A stretch of DNA of 62,893 nt, the filler included, from Choristocarpus tenellus KU-1152 (Eukaryota > Protista > Phaeophyceae), in NCBI GenBank assembly GCA_964200185.2. It is 11 parts of 11 records of this genome, joined end to end, with 100 filler letters (N's around TTAATTAATTAA, not from the genome) between each part and the next. Parts side by side here need not be neighbours in the genome. Positions count along the whole stretch, not along the records: positions 57,670 to 62,893 come from CAXNAD020011443.1; 10 more parts are not named here. One strand, 5' to 3'. Under the pieces are notes generated by a model. That model had not been told where the DNA came from. It searched no databases and saw only the letters and a list, made by a program, of their open reading frames with translations. How positions within the stretch are numbered: position 1 is the stretch's first letter; the number at the start of each line of letters is the position of its first letter. The position numbers were made by a program, and so were the translations under genes. Shown piece after piece: positions 59,166 to 62,893 of the stretch.

Positions 59166-61178
59166 TAACAGTCATAGTTGATTTCAATAGTCTCCCGCAA
59201 TACACCCCGTATTTCAGCGCTGGCGAACTCTGCAACTCACCGTTTAGGCGGTGTAAATGCACCTTCCACGGGTGGGGTACAGTGAGCGCGATGGTGCCCT
59301 GAGGATGCATCTTACCCCGCAAGCATTAAAGCATCTCGCGCAGGTGTGTGTTGGTCGCCTCTTCGTCGATGAGGAGTCTTGGCTTGGCGGCAATGGACAC
59401 TATGGCGAGCTTTGGCGCATTGCGGAAGGCGAAATCACCAAGTTTGTCTAGTGATATAGTGGGGTCGAGAGGGCAAAGGTCGTGGAGTGCAGTGTTCTCA
59501 TTCCTGTTTGGACATCATGACACACGACACAGTAGACAGACAGCACGACAAGAAGGACGGCATAGTAAGCTACGGTGCAGGCAATCTTTTCCTTAAGTGA
59601 GTTCCTGACAATATTTTCACGGCATCTCCAAAATGTCGGGCCGTACCCTCCACAACGCCAGACTCATCAGACACATCTCGTGGAAGGAGGGTAGGCGTCA
59701 AAACATTAAGTTCCATGTCCCATGGAACCCTCCAAAAAAGTGACACATCCAAGGTACAAAGGATGAGCAACCCACATGATGTACAAGCAGCCACGACCTA
59801 TGTGCAAACCAACGCGAAAACAAACACGCAGAGACGACTCATGTGTCGGTACAATGTGCAACAACGCCGAGACCCACATGCACTTCTCCATGTCGGCCGT
59901 TTTGCTGTGTGAGAGGTGGGACGTAAAAGGCTTTGCGTCGTGGGTGACCCACCCGCGCTCCTTGCGCGAGCCTTACCCTTACCCTTGCCCCTGTCTCGAC
60001 CCGCCACTTCATTCTCCACCGATCCAGACCCTTCACTGCCCTCCCGTGCCATGGAGCAATTGATACATAATCGATCCTTGTCCCTTTCGTTGCCTACAAT
60101 CTCCGCGTTGGCACATTCGCCCATATGGGTTATTGAGCACCTTGGGCATGAATACCTGTCGCGCGTGTCATCGGACGAGAGTATTAAATAGACAGGATAG
60201 TATTTTTCCAAATAACTAATTGGGCACAACAACGCAATGCGGGAATCCATGGTTATGAAGGAATGCGAAATTGGCGGCGCAAGACAGTACAGGTGAGGTA
60301 CAAATGTCGGTGATGTACATGCATTATTAACACACAATTGTACTGAGGAAAATAAAGAGACGTGGGGGTAGCTACCGCAGCGTTGCATACAGGGGGATCC
60401 CACAACATACCACCGGTTCAATGATGTGCGCCGCTGAAAAGATACAAAGTATCTGTCCGTTCGGGGGATTGGATGGAAACCAATCTTACGCTATTAATTA
60501 CGCTCGTCCTACACGTGTACCGTTACAAGCACATTACTCACCGAGACGTAGGAGGAGGATTGCATTCAGCACAGCAAACGCCCGCGTTCCACCCTCCATG
60601 GCCGTTTTGAAGTTCCTCCGCACCAGGAACACTGCCCACAGAACCCCCTTCGTCCGCATCCTCCATGTCTGGGAGTCCGTTCCCTCCGATGTCTTCGTTC
60701 CCTCCGACGTCTTGGTCGCCTCCTATGTCTTCTTCCCCTCTGACGTTTTTGTCCCCTCCCCCGTCATCTTTCTCACGGTCATTTGATGCCAATCCGTTGT
60801 TGCTCTCAACTTCTGCGCCGCCGCCATCACAGCCCCACCCGCTGTGGACCTGGTGGAGGTTGACTCGGTTGAGTACATCCTGGTATTTACCATCCCAGGT
60901 GGCGAGGTAAGCGCGTAGAGACGAGTCCTTCTCGATAATCTAGTAGTGGAGACGGCGGAGGACATCGTTGAGGAGAGGAGGGGACGATGGTGACGTAAAA
61001 AAATGGGAGAGTGTAATGGAAGTACGATAGCATGTCCATCGGGCAGAGCAAACGATATGGTTAACGTGGTGAACGTGTTTAATGGAGGCGACTTGCGAGG
61101 TGAAATAGTTTGAAACACGTTGAAATCCTAACGCCAATCATATACATTTTTTTTCAGTGACGCATATTGGAGGCAGAA

Positions 61179-61432
61179 GGGCCAAAGTATACTAGAAAAT
61201 AGAGCTTCGTCCAATTGGGGGTCAAAAGACAATGATGTGATTTTGATGTAATTTTGTCTATCGTGTTTGTTAGGAAGTGTCTATATCTATGTTTCGGACA
61301 CACCTTTCATAATGTACACATTCAACCTACTCCTAAACATTTTGGAGTAGGAAAATGTCATTAAAAAAAATATGGGAAGCCAAGCCCCAAATGGACAAAC
61401 ACGGCAAAATTCGTACCCTCTAAGATTCACTC
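61179..61432. mobile_element. MITE, long subfamily
   Basis: Colinear with 58907-59165; flanks AGAA/AGGA. Confidence 0.85.
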
Positions 61433-61599
61433 AGGAACGAGGTGGGGATTGGCCAAGATCGTTTTCTACGGTGGAAGAAAACGATTTGCTATTTCCGCTA
61501 CTAGTAACGAAAGACGAGGACAGACAAAACAGCAAGGTTTGTAGTACGGAAGGCAACCTTTTCGCCACAGAATCACGAAGAAGATCCACAACCAATCCT

Positions 61600-62771
61600 A
61601 CCAAGCATCAACTATTTCTTACGGTACAAGCCAATTCAGCTGTAGCTACAAACATGGGAGGCACACTCACGGCTCTGATCCGTTGCATGGGTTTCATTTC
61701 GACAACCGTGGAGATGTTTGCCCTCAACAGGCGGACGGGCCCCGCCTGTTGGTCGCCAGATGAAACCTTCTGCAGAAGTTGGGCCACCTCCTTTGTCCTC
61801 TCCTCATAGTGGCACTTGACCTAGAGCTCGTGCATACCGCATTTCTCGTATGCAAGCCTGTCCATTTCCCTGGTAGCCCATACATCATTCACCTAACGTC
61901 CGGAATTCAGGGCGATTTTGCGATAATAAATAAGTGCGGTGCAGAATAAGACGCTGATGGTGTATTTTACAAAGCAGGGGCGGAAGGTGACGTATGGGTG
62001 CGCAGGAGTTACGGAAAAGGAAAAAAAAAAATACTCAACACCAACTGCACAATTTACCGACCTTTGGAGCTCTGATGTCCACTTCTCCTTGGGCACAATC
62101 TGCCTGGTGCCCGAGAAAAACATCTCAGACATGTGCGCGTCCGATTGGATCTCCTTGTGGTCCTTCGTCGTAGGAAGCTTCCCGTAGAATGACTTGTATC
62201 TGCTAAAATAGAATTTCCACGAAGGGCATCAAGGAGAACAATGCGCAGGTTATGAAGAGGAGAGGGTCGCCACTGCAGCAAATATTCATCACTTGATTGC
62301 ATACTTCCTAATCGACGGTAGTGCACATACACAGGCAACACACACTGTAGAATTACCAGAATATCACCAAGTCATTTTTGTTCGACACAACAATGGCCGA
62401 CTAAATTCGTCAGCGGAGGATACTTATTTCACGCTCCTGTGCAATGTGCTGCGACCTGCATAAACTGCGCTTACTGCTGCCTACACGATAAAACACGAAG
62501 GTGTTTTGACTTGCCTAGCAAGCAGTTGGATGCATAGCTCCTACTTGAGAGAAGTGAAGCCGGCGAACTCCTCGGTCGTGATATAGTTTAGGGAGATTGC
62601 ACTGCGGTCAATCGTTGGCGACGTGGACTCACACACTTCCTTCAGTACCTCGAAGGACTCGGGTTGCAGGGAGTTCACAGCTTGCTGCCATTTTCGTAGG
62701 GTTGACTTCGACGGGGCAGTAACGCCCACCTTCGCGATGGGTAGATAAAGGAAAACATTATGCACAGCCAT
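61600..62771 (-). pseudogene. Decayed intron-containing gene or transposon ORF of unknown family
   Basis: Exon-like blocks (YGKLPTTKDHKEIQSDAHMSEMFF...; VNDVWATREMDRLAYEKCGMHEL*VKCHYEERTKEV...) with splice-like sites and in-frame stops. Confidence 0.35.
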
Positions 62772-62893
62772 CGAGGATCAGGCATCATCATTACCACGCA
62801 AGCTTTGTATATATATGTGAGGGGGGAGGGGGGGGGGGGGGGGGGCGGGGAACACCGGGGATAAAAAAATTAAAAAATTATTTATATTAAACA

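Overview
Eukaryotic nuclear DNA made of 11 separate contigs joined by artificial 100-nt spacers (N44-TTAATTAATTAA-N44), so adjacency across a spacer is not evidence of linkage. Intron-rich GT-AG genes, TTAGGG-type repeats and the repeat content suggest a stramenopile, probably a brown alga or relative (inference). Genes reconstructed by hand: complete 9-exon RPL4/uL4, complete 6-exon ankyrin-repeat gene, and partial PNPase, cyclin, atypical receiver-domain gene, zinc-finger gene, RNR large subunit, Bfr1/PPI-like gene, METTL21-family-like methyltransferase, SEC61-alpha and a lipin-like gene. The main hidden signal is a pair of paralogous ~165-nt box H/ACA snoRNAs in RPL4 introns 5 and 8, each with two guide pockets complementary to conserved LSU rRNA sites (yeast-numbered U2314 and U2211). 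Also present: a multi-copy MITE family with GRNY-CAAAGTATCT termini and 4-bp TSDs (Sola-like), decayed RTE-type LINE 3' ends, a foldback element and several tandem repeats. All homology calls come from recalled motifs, not from searches.
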